The notes below the pieces were generated by a model, which was not told the origin of the DNA, did no database searches, and saw nothing but the letters and a program-made list of their open reading frames with translations. Made by a program: the position numbers and the translations under genes. Shown here one piece after another: positions 51,666-60,941 of a stretch of DNA of 64,000 nucleotides (the stretch's first letter is position 1; each line of letters begins with the position of its first letter). The DNA comes from Candidatus Marinacidobacterium sp. (GTDB lineage Bacteria > Acidobacteriota > Vicinamibacteria > Marinacidobacterales > Marinacidobacteraceae), in the NCBI GenBank assembly GCA_965223075.1, contig OZ244986.1, positions 3,421,630-3,485,629 on the forward strand, given 5' to 3'.

Positions 51666-52670
51666 ATGCTGTCCGTTTCGAGCCCCGGGAGCCTGCTCTC
51701 CGAGTTGGAGGCCGAATTGGCTCCGGACCTGGCCGAGGTCGAGCGCATCCTGGCTGCGCGGGTGGAAAGCGACCTGGAGCTCGTGAAGCTGACGAGCCAG
51801 TACCTCTACCGGAGTGGCGGCAAACGTCTCCGTCCGATGCTGCTGCTGATTGCGGCGCGCGCCGCAGGCGGTGAAAAGAGCCGGACCGCGCGAGCCCCCT
51901 GCTACGGCGCGATGGTCGAAATCATGCACACCGCCACGCTCGTCCACGATGACATCGTCGACGAGGCGGATACGCGCCGGGGGCAGGACTCGCTGAACAG
52001 CCTGCTGGGCAACGACCTCACCGTCCTGATCGGAGATTTCCTCTATATCCAGTCGATGGCGCTGGCCGTGGAGCAGGGAAACCCTCAGGTCGTCGCGACG
52101 ATGTGCGACCTCACGATGCGCATGATCGAGGGAATGCTCCTCGAAAAAGCACGCGGCGGGACCATCGGCCTGACCCGCGAGGAGCACTTGCGGATTCTGC
52201 GACTGAAGACGGCTTACCTCTTCCATGGCTGCGGCAAGATGGGGGCGATGATGGTCGAAGCGCCGCCCGAGGTCGAAAGGGCTCTCGGCGAGTACTGCAT
52301 GAACCTCGGGATGGCGTTCCAGGTAGCTGACGACCTCTTCGACTTCACGGCGAGCGCCGCCATGGTGGGCAAGCCGGTGCTCAGCGACTTGAAGGAAGGG
52401 CACCTGACCCTGCCGATCCTTCACGCCCTCGAGCGGGAACCGCAGGCGGTACCTCTCGTTGAGGAAGTGCTCGACAGCGGTGACCTCACTCCCGACCTGC
52501 AGAAGGAAATCCTCGCGCTCGTCGAGCGCCAGGGCGGGCTCGATGAGGCGCGGCGGGTCGCGGAAGGCTTCGCGGCCTCCGCCCGGGAAGCCCTGGCAAC
52601 GGTCCCGCCTTCGTCCTACCGGGACGGTTTGGAAGCGCTCGCCGAGTTCGTCATCTGGCGCGACCGTTGA
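51666..52670 (+). CDS. Polyprenyl diphosphate synthase
   Basis: GGKRLRP, HDDIVD, RRG, KTA, FQVADDLFD. Confidence 0.93.
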   Translation: MLSVSSPGSLLSELEAELAPDLAEVERILAARVESDLELVKLTSQYLYRSGGKRLRPMLLLIAARAAGGEKSRTARAPCYGAMVEIMHTATLVHDDIVDEADTRRGQDSLNSLLGNDLTVLIGDFLYIQSMALAVEQGNPQVVATMCDLTMRMIEGMLLEKARGGTIGLTREEHLRILRLKTAYLFHGCGKMGAMMVEAPPEVERALGEYCMNLGMAFQVADDLFDFTASAAMVGKPVLSDLKEGHLTLPILHALEREPQAVPLVEEVLDSGDLTPDLQKEILALVERQGGLDEARRVAEGFAASAREALATVPPSSYRDGLEALAEFVIWRDR

Positions 52671-53140
52671 GCGGTTCCCTACCGTCGGGTCTTCCATTTC
52701 CTCCCTATCGGCACCGGCCTGGTCGCACTCCGCACCCGGAGCGGGACCCCGACGGACACCGCTTCCTCGAGTATCTTCCGCCGGGCCTGCTTCCGGCTGC
52801 GGCGATCCCGCTGGCCGCGCTTCCGGACGCTCCGCTGTTCCGTTACGGAGAGGAGTTGTTCCGCGCCGCCTACTGGTGGGAGGCCCATGCGGTGTGGGAA
52901 GAGCTATGGCAGGCTGCGCTCCGGGGAGAGGACGGGGAGACGCCCGAGCGAGAGGTGCTCCGGGCGTTCATCCAGTTGGCGGCGGCGGCCCTCCGGAAGG
53001 AACTCGGGGGACTTCGCGGAAGCCGGAAGCTGTTGAACGCCGCGCTTCGCGGCATGGAACGAGCTGACTGCCGGGGGGAGGCGGCAATCCTTCCGCTGCG
53101 CTTCGAGAGGCTACGCGCCGATGCCGGGTTGGGTTGCTAG
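52667..53140 (+). CDS. DUF309 domain protein
   Basis: PPYRHRPGRTPHP, YWWEAHAVWEELW, IQLAAA. Confidence 0.75.
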   Translation: MSGSLPSGLPFPPYRHRPGRTPHPERDPDGHRFLEYLPPGLLPAAAIPLAALPDAPLFRYGEELFRAAYWWEAHAVWEELWQAALRGEDGETPEREVLRAFIQLAAAALRKELGGLRGSRKLLNAALRGMERADCRGEAAILPLRFERLRADAGLGC

Positions 53141-53322
53141 CAGCCGGTGGCAAAACCCACGCGGCGTTCGACGGGCGATGCATCCCGTCTGAACCGCCCC
53201 GCTCCGCGGGGCTCTCAGTTGCGCTTCGGTCGAAATACACCCGGTATTCCTCCCTCGCGCGCCTTGTCAGCCGGGCGCCTCGCCCGTCTCGGCGCTCACG
53301 TGGGTTTCACCACCGACTGCTA
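53138..53322. mobile_element. MITE family A copy (reverse)
   Basis: TA-GCAGCCGGTGG...CCACCGACTGC-TA; conserved core. Confidence 0.85.
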
Positions 53323-53338
53323 GCATCCTTGAACTCCT

Positions 53339-54724
53339 ATGCCACTCCCCGCCTCCGGTGATGAGGACATCGCCGTACTCGTCGTAGACGACGAGGCGGT
53401 GATCCGGCGGTCGCTCCGCCGCCGGCTCCGGTACGAGGGCTGGAGGGTGTTTGAAGCCGCCTCGGGTCCGGACGCGCTGGCGGTGCTGGAGCGGGAGCCG
53501 TGTGATCTCGTGGTTCTGGATATCAAGATGCCCGGCATGGACGGAATGGAAGTCCTCCGGCGTATCCGAGCCGAAAAACCGTCGGTGGCAGTCGTGATGC
53601 ACACCGGCCACGGAGACATCGAGACCGCGGTGCGCGCCATTCAGGAGGGGGCGGCGCACTTTCTCGAAAAAGGCGGGGGAGGGGACATCGGCGCCTGTCT
53701 CCGGATTGCGATCGACAAGACGAGAACGCTCGAGCGAAAACGGCTCGAGAACGAAAACCGCCGCCTGGCTGCCGAGGTCGAGCTGCACCGCAGCCGGGAG
53801 GGAGGGGGCCGGCAACTGGTCGGCGAGTCGCCGGCCCTTGCCGCTGTCCGGGAGCGCATCGAACGCGTCGCGCCGAGCGATGTGCGGGTGCTCATCACGG
53901 GCGAGTCGGGGACGGGGAAGGAGGTGGCGGCCCGGCTGATCCACCATGCCAGCCGTCGGGCGGCCGGACCGTTCATCGAAGTGAACTGCGCGGCGATTCC
54001 CGAGGAACTCATCGAGAGCGAGCTGTTCGGCGCCGAACGGGGCTCCTATACGGGGGCGCACCGGCAGATGGTGGGGAAGTTCGAGCAGGCCGACGGGGGC
54101 ACGCTCTTCCTCGACGAGATCGGGGACATGAGTGCCCGCACCCAGGCCAAGGTGCTGCGGGCCCTTGAGGAAAACCGGATCACCCGGGTGGGAGGTTCAA
54201 AGTCCGTCGACGTGGACGTCCGTGTGTTGTCCGCGACCAATCAGGATCTCGAGAAGGAGGGCTTCCGCAGCGACCTTCTCCACCGGTTGAACGTGATTCC
54301 CATCCGAATGCCGCCCCTCCGGGACCGTCCGGAGGACATCACGCTGCTCGTCGCCCACTTTCTGAAACAGCTCGAAGTGGGCGGCCAGCGCCCCCGCCCG
54401 CTCACCGGCGATGCTCTCGGACTCCTCGCCCGGCAACCGTTCCCCGGCAACGTGCGGGAACTCCGGAACCTCGTCGAGCGCCTCCTGATCCTGAGTCCGG
54501 GAGACGAGATTGGGGAAGCGGACGTGAGGGAACACCTCTCGGGATCCTCGCCGTCCGAGGAATCGGGAGGACTCGCCCAGCACCTGGCCACGAAGGAACG
54601 TCAGTTCGTGGAGGAGAGACTGGCTGCCTGCGACGGGAACCGCGAGCGAGCTGCCAGGAGCCTCGGCATCGAACCCGAGGAGTTGGTCCGAAGTCTGGAG
54701 CAGTTGGTGGACAGAGTGACGTGA
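53339..54724 (+). CDS. NtrC/NtrX-family sigma54-type response regulator
   Basis: Receiver LDIKMPGMDG, GESGTGKE, GSYTGA, LFLDEIGDMS, FPGNVRELRN. Confidence 0.9.
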   Translation: MPLPASGDEDIAVLVVDDEAVIRRSLRRRLRYEGWRVFEAASGPDALAVLEREPCDLVVLDIKMPGMDGMEVLRRIRAEKPSVAVVMHTGHGDIETAVRAIQEGAAHFLEKGGGGDIGACLRIAIDKTRTLERKRLENENRRLAAEVELHRSREGGGRQLVGESPALAAVRERIERVAPSDVRVLITGESGTGKEVAARLIHHASRRAAGPFIEVNCAAIPEELIESELFGAERGSYTGAHRQMVGKFEQADGGTLFLDEIGDMSARTQAKVLRALEENRITRVGGSKSVDVDVRVLSATNQDLEKEGFRSDLLHRLNVIPIRMPPLRDRPEDITLLVAHFLKQLEVGGQRPRPLTGDALGLLARQPFPGNVRELRNLVERLLILSPGDEIGEADVREHLSGSSPSEESGGLAQHLATKERQFVEERLAACDGNRERAARSLGIEPEELVRSLEQLVDRVT

Positions 54725-55320
54725 GCGCCGAGAGCGGCGAGGCCCAGTTCTCCCGGTGGGGCCAGTTCTCCCGGTGGGGGCCCGGCTGACAAGGCGCGCG
54801 AGGGAGGAATACCTGGTGTATTTCGACCGAAGCGCAACGAAGAGCGTCGCGAAGCGACGCGGTTGACAGTCGGTGGTGGAACCCACGTGAGCGCCGAGGC
54901 CGGCCAGTCCTCCCGGTGGGGGCGAGGCGCCCGGCTGACAAGGCGCGTGAGGGAGGAATACCTGGTGTATTTCGACCGAAGCGCAACGATGAGCGGCGCG
55001 AAGCGACGCGGTTCAGCCGGGATGGATCGCCGGCCGAACGCCGCGTGGGTTTCGCCACAGGCTGTTAACAGCCTGTGGAGAAAGTGACGTGAGCACCGAG
55101 AACGGTGAGGCGCCCGGCTGACAAGGCGCGTAAGGGAGGAATACCGGGTGTATTCCGACCGAAACGCAACGATGAGGGCCGCGCAGCGGCCCGTTTCAGC
55201 CGGGATGCATCGCCGTTCGAATGCCGCGTGACTTTTTCCACAGGCTGTTAAGCCGGGATACATCGCCGGTCGAGCCCCCACCGGGAGAACTGGGCCGCGT
55301 GACTCTGTCTACCGGCTGCT
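54698..55320. mobile_element. Nested stack of three family A MITEs with four C units
   Basis: Outer copy (54698-54865 plus 55251-55320, matching GACAGAGT inverted repeats) split by copies at 54866-55067 and 55066-55250. Confidence 0.8.
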
Positions 55321-55358
55321 GAGAAAGCCGGGCGCTCCGGGCCGGTAGAATCCCGGAC

Positions 55359-55736
55359 GGTTCGAGTCGTTCAGACGGTCGCCGGCTCCTTCGGGAGCGG
55401 GAGGAAAGTCCGAACTCCGCAAGGCAGTGCGCTGGGTAACCCCCAGTCCGGGTGACCGGAAGGAAAGTGCCACAGAAAACAAACCGCCTCTCCCTCCGGG
55501 GAGCGGCAAGGGTGAAAAGGTGCGGTAAGAGCGCACCGCCTGGGCAGTGATGTCCAGGGCACGGTAAACCCCGCATGGAGCAAGACCAAATAGAGAAGCA
55601 CCCGAGGGCCGCCTGTCCGAGCTTCCGGGTAGGTCGCTTGACCCGTCGGGTAACCGCCGGGCTAGATGCATGACCGTCACCTCGCCGCGGGCAACCGCGC
55701 CGGGGAACAGAATTCGGCTTACGAGCGGCTCGGACC
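55359..55736 (+). ncRNA. rnpB: RNase P RNA (type A)
   Basis: GAGGAAAGTCCGAACTC, GGAAAGTGCCACAGAAA, GGTAAACCCC...GAGCAAG, ACAGAATTCGGCTTA; P1 pairing; TAGAAT -10 at 55346. Confidence 0.97.
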
Positions 55737-55745
55737 CTCGGAGCG

Positions 55746-56313
55746 CCGGCCAGTTGCTATGAAAAGGCAGTCCCGCCGGGACGCCGATAGCCGGGATGGC
55801 GCGCCGACCAGGGAACGCCGGTGTTCACACCGGCACCGCCCCGCGCAGCGGGGCGAGAGGGCGTATTTCCCGGTTCCGGGATGGTGCACGTCTCGGCGCA
55901 TACCCCACCCGGCAGAGGGGCGCGCCGGCCAGGGAACGCCGACCTCCGGTCCGCACCGCGCGCCGAGAGGCGCGCGATACATCGCTGAGGGAGAAGAGGC
56001 GCGGGGACGGCTTGGAACGCCGACCTCCGGCCAGTTGCTATGAAAAGGCAGTCCCGCCGGGACGCCGATAGCCGGGATGGCGCGCCGACCAGGGAACGCC
56101 GGTGTTCACACCGGCACCGCCCCGCGCAGCGGGGCGAGAGGGCGTACTTCCCGGTTCCGGGATGGTGCACGTCTCGGCGCATACCCCACCCGGCAGAGGG
56201 GCGCGCCGGCCAGGGAACGCCGACCTCCGGTCCGCACCGCGCGCCGAGAGGCGCGCGATACATCGCTGAGGGAGAAGAGGCGCGGGGACGGCTTGGAACG
56301 CCGACCTCCGGCC
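55746..56313. repeat. 281-bp near-perfect tandem duplication of a family B segment, followed by a C unit
   Basis: 55746-56026 repeated at 56027-56307; one mismatch seen by eye. Confidence 0.9.
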
Positions 56314-56455
56314 GGTTCTCCCGGTGGGGGCCTCCGACCGGAAACGCTCCCGGCAGGGGAGCGAAACTCATGGGCGGCCGTTCCCGGGTAATGGCGCTGC
56401 ATTCGTTCCGGCCGGGGTCTCCGGTCTCGCCCCGCTGCGCGACCGGCCGGCCAGC

Positions 56456-57415
56456 GTGATTCTGGTCACCGGCGGTGCCGGGTTCATCGGCTCCGCGCTG
56501 GCAACCCGGCTCGCCGGCGCCGGCGAGCGGGTCCGGGTTCTCGATGATTTCTCGACGGGCCGGCGCGAACGCGTCTCCGGGAACCCATTGGTCGAGGTGT
56601 GCGAAGGAGACATTCGGGACTCTGCCGCGGTCCGGGAGGCTCTCGCCGGTGTGAACCGGGTCGCTCACCTGGCGGCGCTGGCCTCGGTGCCCCGCGCCGA
56701 GTTGGACCCGGAAACCGCGGCGCGGGTGAACGTCGAAGGGACCCTCGTGGTGCTCGACGAGTCCAGGCGGGCCGGCGTCTCCGCCCTGGTGTACGCCTCG
56801 TCCTGTTCGGTCTACGGTGACGTCGGCGAACGCCCGATCGTGGAATCCGTCCCTCTGAGGCCCTGTTCGGTGTACGCAGTAACGAAACTGGCCGGAGAGC
56901 GGCACGTCCTCCTGTATCACCGCACCGGAGGGCCGTCAGCCATCGCGTTGCGCTTCTTCAACGTCTACGGGCCGGGCCAGCCGGCCGACTCTCCCTATTC
57001 CGGCGTCCTCGCCCGGTTCACCGTGCAGGCGACCGGCGGCGAGCGGCCCGAGATTCATGGCGACGGCGGGCAGACCCGGGATTTCGTGTTTGTGGGCGAC
57101 GTGGTGGACGCCCTGGTCTTCGCCCTTGAAAAGGCTCCGCAGGAGCCTGGGGGACAGGCTTTCAACGTCGGAACCGGGCGGGCCGCCTCGGTAGGCGAGA
57201 TCTGGGCGCTGGTCGCCAAAGCCGCCAGGGTGGAAGTGACCCCGACATTCGGTCCGGTCCGGGCCGGTGACATGCGCCACGCCTCGGCGGACACCCGAAG
57301 GGCTGCGGAGCTCCTGGGTTTTCGTGCCCGGGTCCCGCTGGAGGCGGGGATTCGGGAGCTGTTGGAGGCCTCCGCGGGGAACCTCGCGGCTACTCCGCGC
57401 GTTCCGCGGGCATAG
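56456..57415 (+). CDS. NAD-dependent epimerase/dehydratase
   Basis: VTGGAGFIGS, YAVTK (YxxxK), LRFFNVYGP, TRDFVFV. Confidence 0.92.
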   Translation: MILVTGGAGFIGSALATRLAGAGERVRVLDDFSTGRRERVSGNPLVEVCEGDIRDSAAVREALAGVNRVAHLAALASVPRAELDPETAARVNVEGTLVVLDESRRAGVSALVYASSCSVYGDVGERPIVESVPLRPCSVYAVTKLAGERHVLLYHRTGGPSAIALRFFNVYGPGQPADSPYSGVLARFTVQATGGERPEIHGDGGQTRDFVFVGDVVDALVFALEKAPQEPGGQAFNVGTGRAASVGEIWALVAKAARVEVTPTFGPVRAGDMRHASADTRRAAELLGFRARVPLEAGIRELLEASAGNLAATPRVPRA

Positions 57416-57423
57416 GCCTTGGT

Positions 57424-58764
57424 GTGTCATACTCAAGAATTCTCGGCGTGACCCCTCGGCCAGCCCCCCATCTCGCCTCGGCGACCGCGGTACTTGGCGG
57501 TCTTCTTGGGGGCGTCGTGTTGTTCGGAGCCGGGGTTCTCCGGTCCTGGGACGGCCCGCTGCCGGAGCCGCCCGGGATGCCCGCCCCAGACGAGTCCGTG
57601 GTTTCCGAGCAGCCGGAGGTGGGCCTGTTTCTGGTTCCGGACCGGTTCGTCCGCGGGGACTCACTGTCAGACGTGCTCGTGCGAAACGGCTTTTCGCGGA
57701 GGGAAGTCGGCGCCGTTGCCGAGGCGTTGACCCCGGTCGCCGATGTCCGGCGGCTCAAGGTCGGGCAGACGTTGTGGTTGCACCGGAACGAGGGCGGCGA
57801 GCCCGTCAGGATCGAACTTCCGCTCGACGATTTCCGCGAGGTGGCGGTGTTCCGCGCCGGGACCGGCTGGGATGCCCGCGAGTTCACTGCCGAGCCGCTT
57901 GACCGGCGCGAGGTGGTTCAGGGGGTGGTGAATAGCAGTCTGTACCAAAGTCTGGTGCGTTCCGGCGAACGGGGTGACCTGGCGGTTCTGATCGCGAGAG
58001 CCCTCGAGTACGACATCGACTTCCACCGCGACACGCGGGTTGGAGACAGTTACTCGGTAGTCGTGGACAAGCTCTATGACGATCAGGGCGAGTGGAAGGA
58101 CTACGGCGAATTGCATGCCGTCCGCTACCTCAATGCCGGCCGCCCCATCCACGCGTTCCGCTTCGAATTGCCGACCGGCGAATCGGGCTACTACGACTAT
58201 GACGGCAATTCCATTCAGCGCGTCTTCCTGATGAGTCCCGTGGCCTACACCCGCATTTCGGGAGTCTTCACCAGTCGGCGGCTTCACCCGATACACCGGG
58301 TGTACCGACCGCACTACGGCGTGGACTACGTGGCCGCGCGAGGCACTCCGGTGATGGCGACGGCGGACGGGGTGGTTGCGGACGCGGGGAGCCGCGGCCC
58401 GAATGGGAAGATGGTCACGCTTCGCCATGCGGGTGGCTACGTCACCAAGTACCTCCATCTCTCCCGCATTCCGTCCGAAATCGGCCCCGGGCGTCGCGTG
58501 AACCAGCGGGATGTCATCGGGTTTGTTGGTTCCACGGGCGTCTCGACCGGCGCCCATCTTGACTATCGCCTTTCGCGCCACGGGAGACCCTTGAACTCCC
58601 GCACCCACATCCTGCCGCCGGGGCCCCCCATTCCGGCAGAGCATCTGGTTCTGTTCGAGGCGTGGCGAGACGAGCTGGTGGGTTCCTTCGAGCGGCCCGA
58701 AGGCCGTCCTCTCATGCGGACTCCGGTGTCCAGAACCGTGGCCGGCGCGAGCGACGGCTCCTGA
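57424..58764 (+). CDS. M23 family peptidoglycan DD-endopeptidase (MepM-like)
   Basis: HYGVD (HxxxD), YLHL, STGAHLDY; N-terminal TM. Confidence 0.9.
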   Translation: MSYSRILGVTPRPAPHLASATAVLGGLLGGVVLFGAGVLRSWDGPLPEPPGMPAPDESVVSEQPEVGLFLVPDRFVRGDSLSDVLVRNGFSRREVGAVAEALTPVADVRRLKVGQTLWLHRNEGGEPVRIELPLDDFREVAVFRAGTGWDAREFTAEPLDRREVVQGVVNSSLYQSLVRSGERGDLAVLIARALEYDIDFHRDTRVGDSYSVVVDKLYDDQGEWKDYGELHAVRYLNAGRPIHAFRFELPTGESGYYDYDGNSIQRVFLMSPVAYTRISGVFTSRRLHPIHRVYRPHYGVDYVAARGTPVMATADGVVADAGSRGPNGKMVTLRHAGGYVTKYLHLSRIPSEIGPGRRVNQRDVIGFVGSTGVSTGAHLDYRLSRHGRPLNSRTHILPPGPPIPAEHLVLFEAWRDELVGSFERPEGRPLMRTPVSRTVAGASDGS

Positions 58765-58769
58765 AGCGT

Positions 58770-58930
58770 TAACAGCCTGTGGCAAAACCCACGCGGCGTT
58801 CGACCGGCGATGCATCCCGGCTGAAACGCACCGATGAGCGGCGCGCAGCGACGCGGTTCAGCCGGGATGGATCGCCGGCCGAGCCCCCACTGGGAGAACT
58901 GGGCCGCCCCGGTTTCATCACAGGCTGTTA
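58770..58930. mobile_element. Rearranged family A MITE (two right halves, inverted) with C unit
   Basis: TAACAGCCTGTGG...CACAGGCTGTTA; lacks the left core; C at 58883. Confidence 0.75.
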
Positions 58931-59253
58931 GGCCCAACCGGACGCTGGCCTCGGTCTTCCCTGGCTCCAGGGGGGTAACGAGCCTTGACGCGCGACAACC
59001 GTTGCTGACGCTCTTCGTCAACTTCGGTTGACCTCCGAGCCCCCTTGCGGAGGCCTCAAGGAAGGCGCCAGGTGGGAGAGTTGGGGTTTCGGCTCTGCCG
59101 AAGACACCTAACTCATTGATTCAAGGAAAGGATCCGGGCGGCGCGAACATCCATCGTGCTCCGGCAGGGGCCCGCATGGCCGGGCGCACAGCCTGGCCCG
59201 CGAGTTGCGGAATGATGTGCTCCCGACGATCCTCGGCAACGTGGATTCTTCGG

Positions 59254-59408
59254 TATGTTGATCGATAATCCATATATTGTGTCATGTGTATATATGGTGA
59301 CATTGGAATGGTCGTATGGATATGACTACGGACGACATATATGTGTATTCATGGATCAGCATATAAATGTATCTATGATCAACATATCCAAAATACAAGG
59401 AGATATAT
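59254..59408 (+). promoter_or_regulatory. AT-rich operator-like repeat array upstream of comEA
   Basis: GA-n-CATAT units at 59331, 59354, 59377 (23-bp period), 59264, plus inverted copies. Confidence 0.55.
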
Positions 59409-59732
59409 ATGATCCAGTTCCGCGTTCCTTTTCTTGCCTTGCTGGCCATCGTTTCGTCGGCGATGCTCGGGGTCTCCGCCATTCAGCCGGAGGAGCCCAT
59501 CAACATCAACACCGCCACCGTGGAGGAGCTGACCGAGCTACCCCGCATCGGCGAGGTGACCGCCACGCGCATCGTGAAGTGGCGTGAAGAAAATGGACCG
59601 TTCGCGAGTACAGAGGAACTCATGAACGTTCAAGGCATCGGCGAGCGCGTCTACGAACGGATCCGACCGCATGTGACCGTTGAGGATGCGGGCGGGAGCC
59701 GAAGCTCCGGTGCAATTCCAAAAGCCGCGTGA
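59409..59732 (+). CDS. comEA: ComEA-family DNA-binding protein (HhH)
   Basis: ININTATVEEL..LPRIG..A..IV..RE.NGPF...EELMNVQGIG; signal peptide; AAGGAG SD. Confidence 0.93.
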   Translation: MIQFRVPFLALLAIVSSAMLGVSAIQPEEPININTATVEELTELPRIGEVTATRIVKWREENGPFASTEELMNVQGIGERVYERIRPHVTVEDAGGSRSSGAIPKAA

Positions 59733-59775
59733 CCGGAACCTCCATGTTCCGGTCTGCGGGGGGCGGCCGGAGCCG

Positions 59776-60357
59776 ATGCGGGGCTTCACCCTCGTCGAGC
59801 TGCTGGTCGCCGTGGCACTGCTCCTGGTGCTCGCCGGCACAGCGATTCCACCGCTCGCGGGGCATCTGAGAGCCGAGCGCGTTCGCGGGGCGGCGCTCGC
59901 CATTCGTTCGCTCCTTCAAAAAGCGCGGGCGGAGGCGGCCGTTCGCGCGGCGAACGTCGCGGTCGTCTTCGATCCACCGCTTGCCGGGCATGGCATCGAC
60001 ATTCCCGGGTCTGATGTTTCTCCGGTAGTTGCGCTGGTCCTGGATACCAATCACAACGGTGTCCGGCGAGCCGAAATCGCCTCCGGCGGAGAGCGTCTCC
60101 TCGATAACCCCTGGCGGTTTGGGGCGCGCTTTCCGGGAGTTGGGTGGGGAGCTCCCGCCGGCGCCGCGGGTCCTGCTCCGGTTCCCGGGCTGAACGTCGG
60201 GGTCGCGGGAATGGTGTCCTTTTCACCCCTCGGCGGTTCCGGATCCGGGCGGATTACGGTGAGCGGAGAGGGCGCCGTCTACGCGATCGTGATTCACGGG
60301 AGCAGTTCCAGAATCCGCATCGAACGTCACGCCGGCGGCCGCTGGGTTCCGATGTGA
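59776..60357 (+). CDS. Type IV prepilin-like protein (GspH/FimT family)
   Basis: GFTLVELL methylation site, ARAEA helix, FSPLG motif. Confidence 0.85.
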   Translation: MRGFTLVELLVAVALLLVLAGTAIPPLAGHLRAERVRGAALAIRSLLQKARAEAAVRAANVAVVFDPPLAGHGIDIPGSDVSPVVALVLDTNHNGVRRAEIASGGERLLDNPWRFGARFPGVGWGAPAGAAGPAPVPGLNVGVAGMVSFSPLGGSGSGRITVSGEGAVYAIVIHGSSSRIRIERHAGGRWVPM

Positions 60358-60399
60358 CCGTGTCAATGCTCCCGAGTGGCTGGCGCCAAGTTTGGCTAT

Positions 60400-60629
60400 C
60401 ACCAAGCGGTCGCGAAACTCTGGCGGCATCCATTCGCGGCGCGCAGCGCCGCGGGGGAGGGGTGTGGGGAGGGGTTTCCCCTCCCCACGAAAGACGATGG
60501 CGCGGATCGCGGAGCGATGCGCGCCATCACCCCGTGGGGGAAGCGCCCCGCACGCGCACAAATCGCCAGATTGGGCGCGCATGCCGCCGTGGGGATAGTG
60601 CGGGGTGCTTCTTCCACGGGCTGTTAGCA
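60400..60629. repeat. Family D hairpin element with MITE-A-like right terminus
   Basis: GTGGGGAGGGG-TTT-CCCCTCCCCAC and GATGGCGCG...CGCGCCATC hairpins; ends CCACGGGCTGTTA. Confidence 0.55.
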
Positions 60630-60644
60630 TGAGTTGAAGGCGCT

Positions 60645-60857
60645 TTGTCCGTGGCCATCATCCTCTCTCAAATGTTCGCCGCCTTCCGCGAGGCTGGCGT
60701 CCCGGAGGAACTGGCAGAGGCTGCGGCGGAAGAGCCGGTCGGCTTCGTCCTTGAACTCCGGGATCGGGTCGCCCGTCTGGAGGTCAAGGTGAACGTGCTG
60801 CTGACGACCAGTCTGGCGATTCTGTTGCTGCTCCTGCGCGATCTCTTTTTCGGCTAG
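60645..60857 (+). CDS. Small coiled-coil protein with C-terminal TM helix
   Basis: AFREAGVPEELAEAAA...RVARLEVKVNVL followed by hydrophobic tail. Confidence 0.6.
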   Translation: MSVAIILSQMFAAFREAGVPEELAEAAAEEPVGFVLELRDRVARLEVKVNVLLTTSLAILLLLLRDLFFG

Positions 60858-60941
60858 CGCGGGAAGCCCACCCGGGTTTCCCGGCGAGGTTCGAGGGGAG
60901 GGGAGACCGATCCGCCTGGACCGGTGGCCCTTTCCGGCGAA

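Noticed and set aside
54698-56331. Clustered short repeats as a CRISPR array
   Set aside because: No regular repeat-spacer period, mixed orientations, intervening DNA is itself repetitive, and no cas genes.
59397-59411. AAGGAGATATATATG resembles the T7 gene 10 RBS (vector contamination)
   Set aside because: No other vector sequence, and the segment continues the local CATAT/TATAT repeat array into a native comEA.
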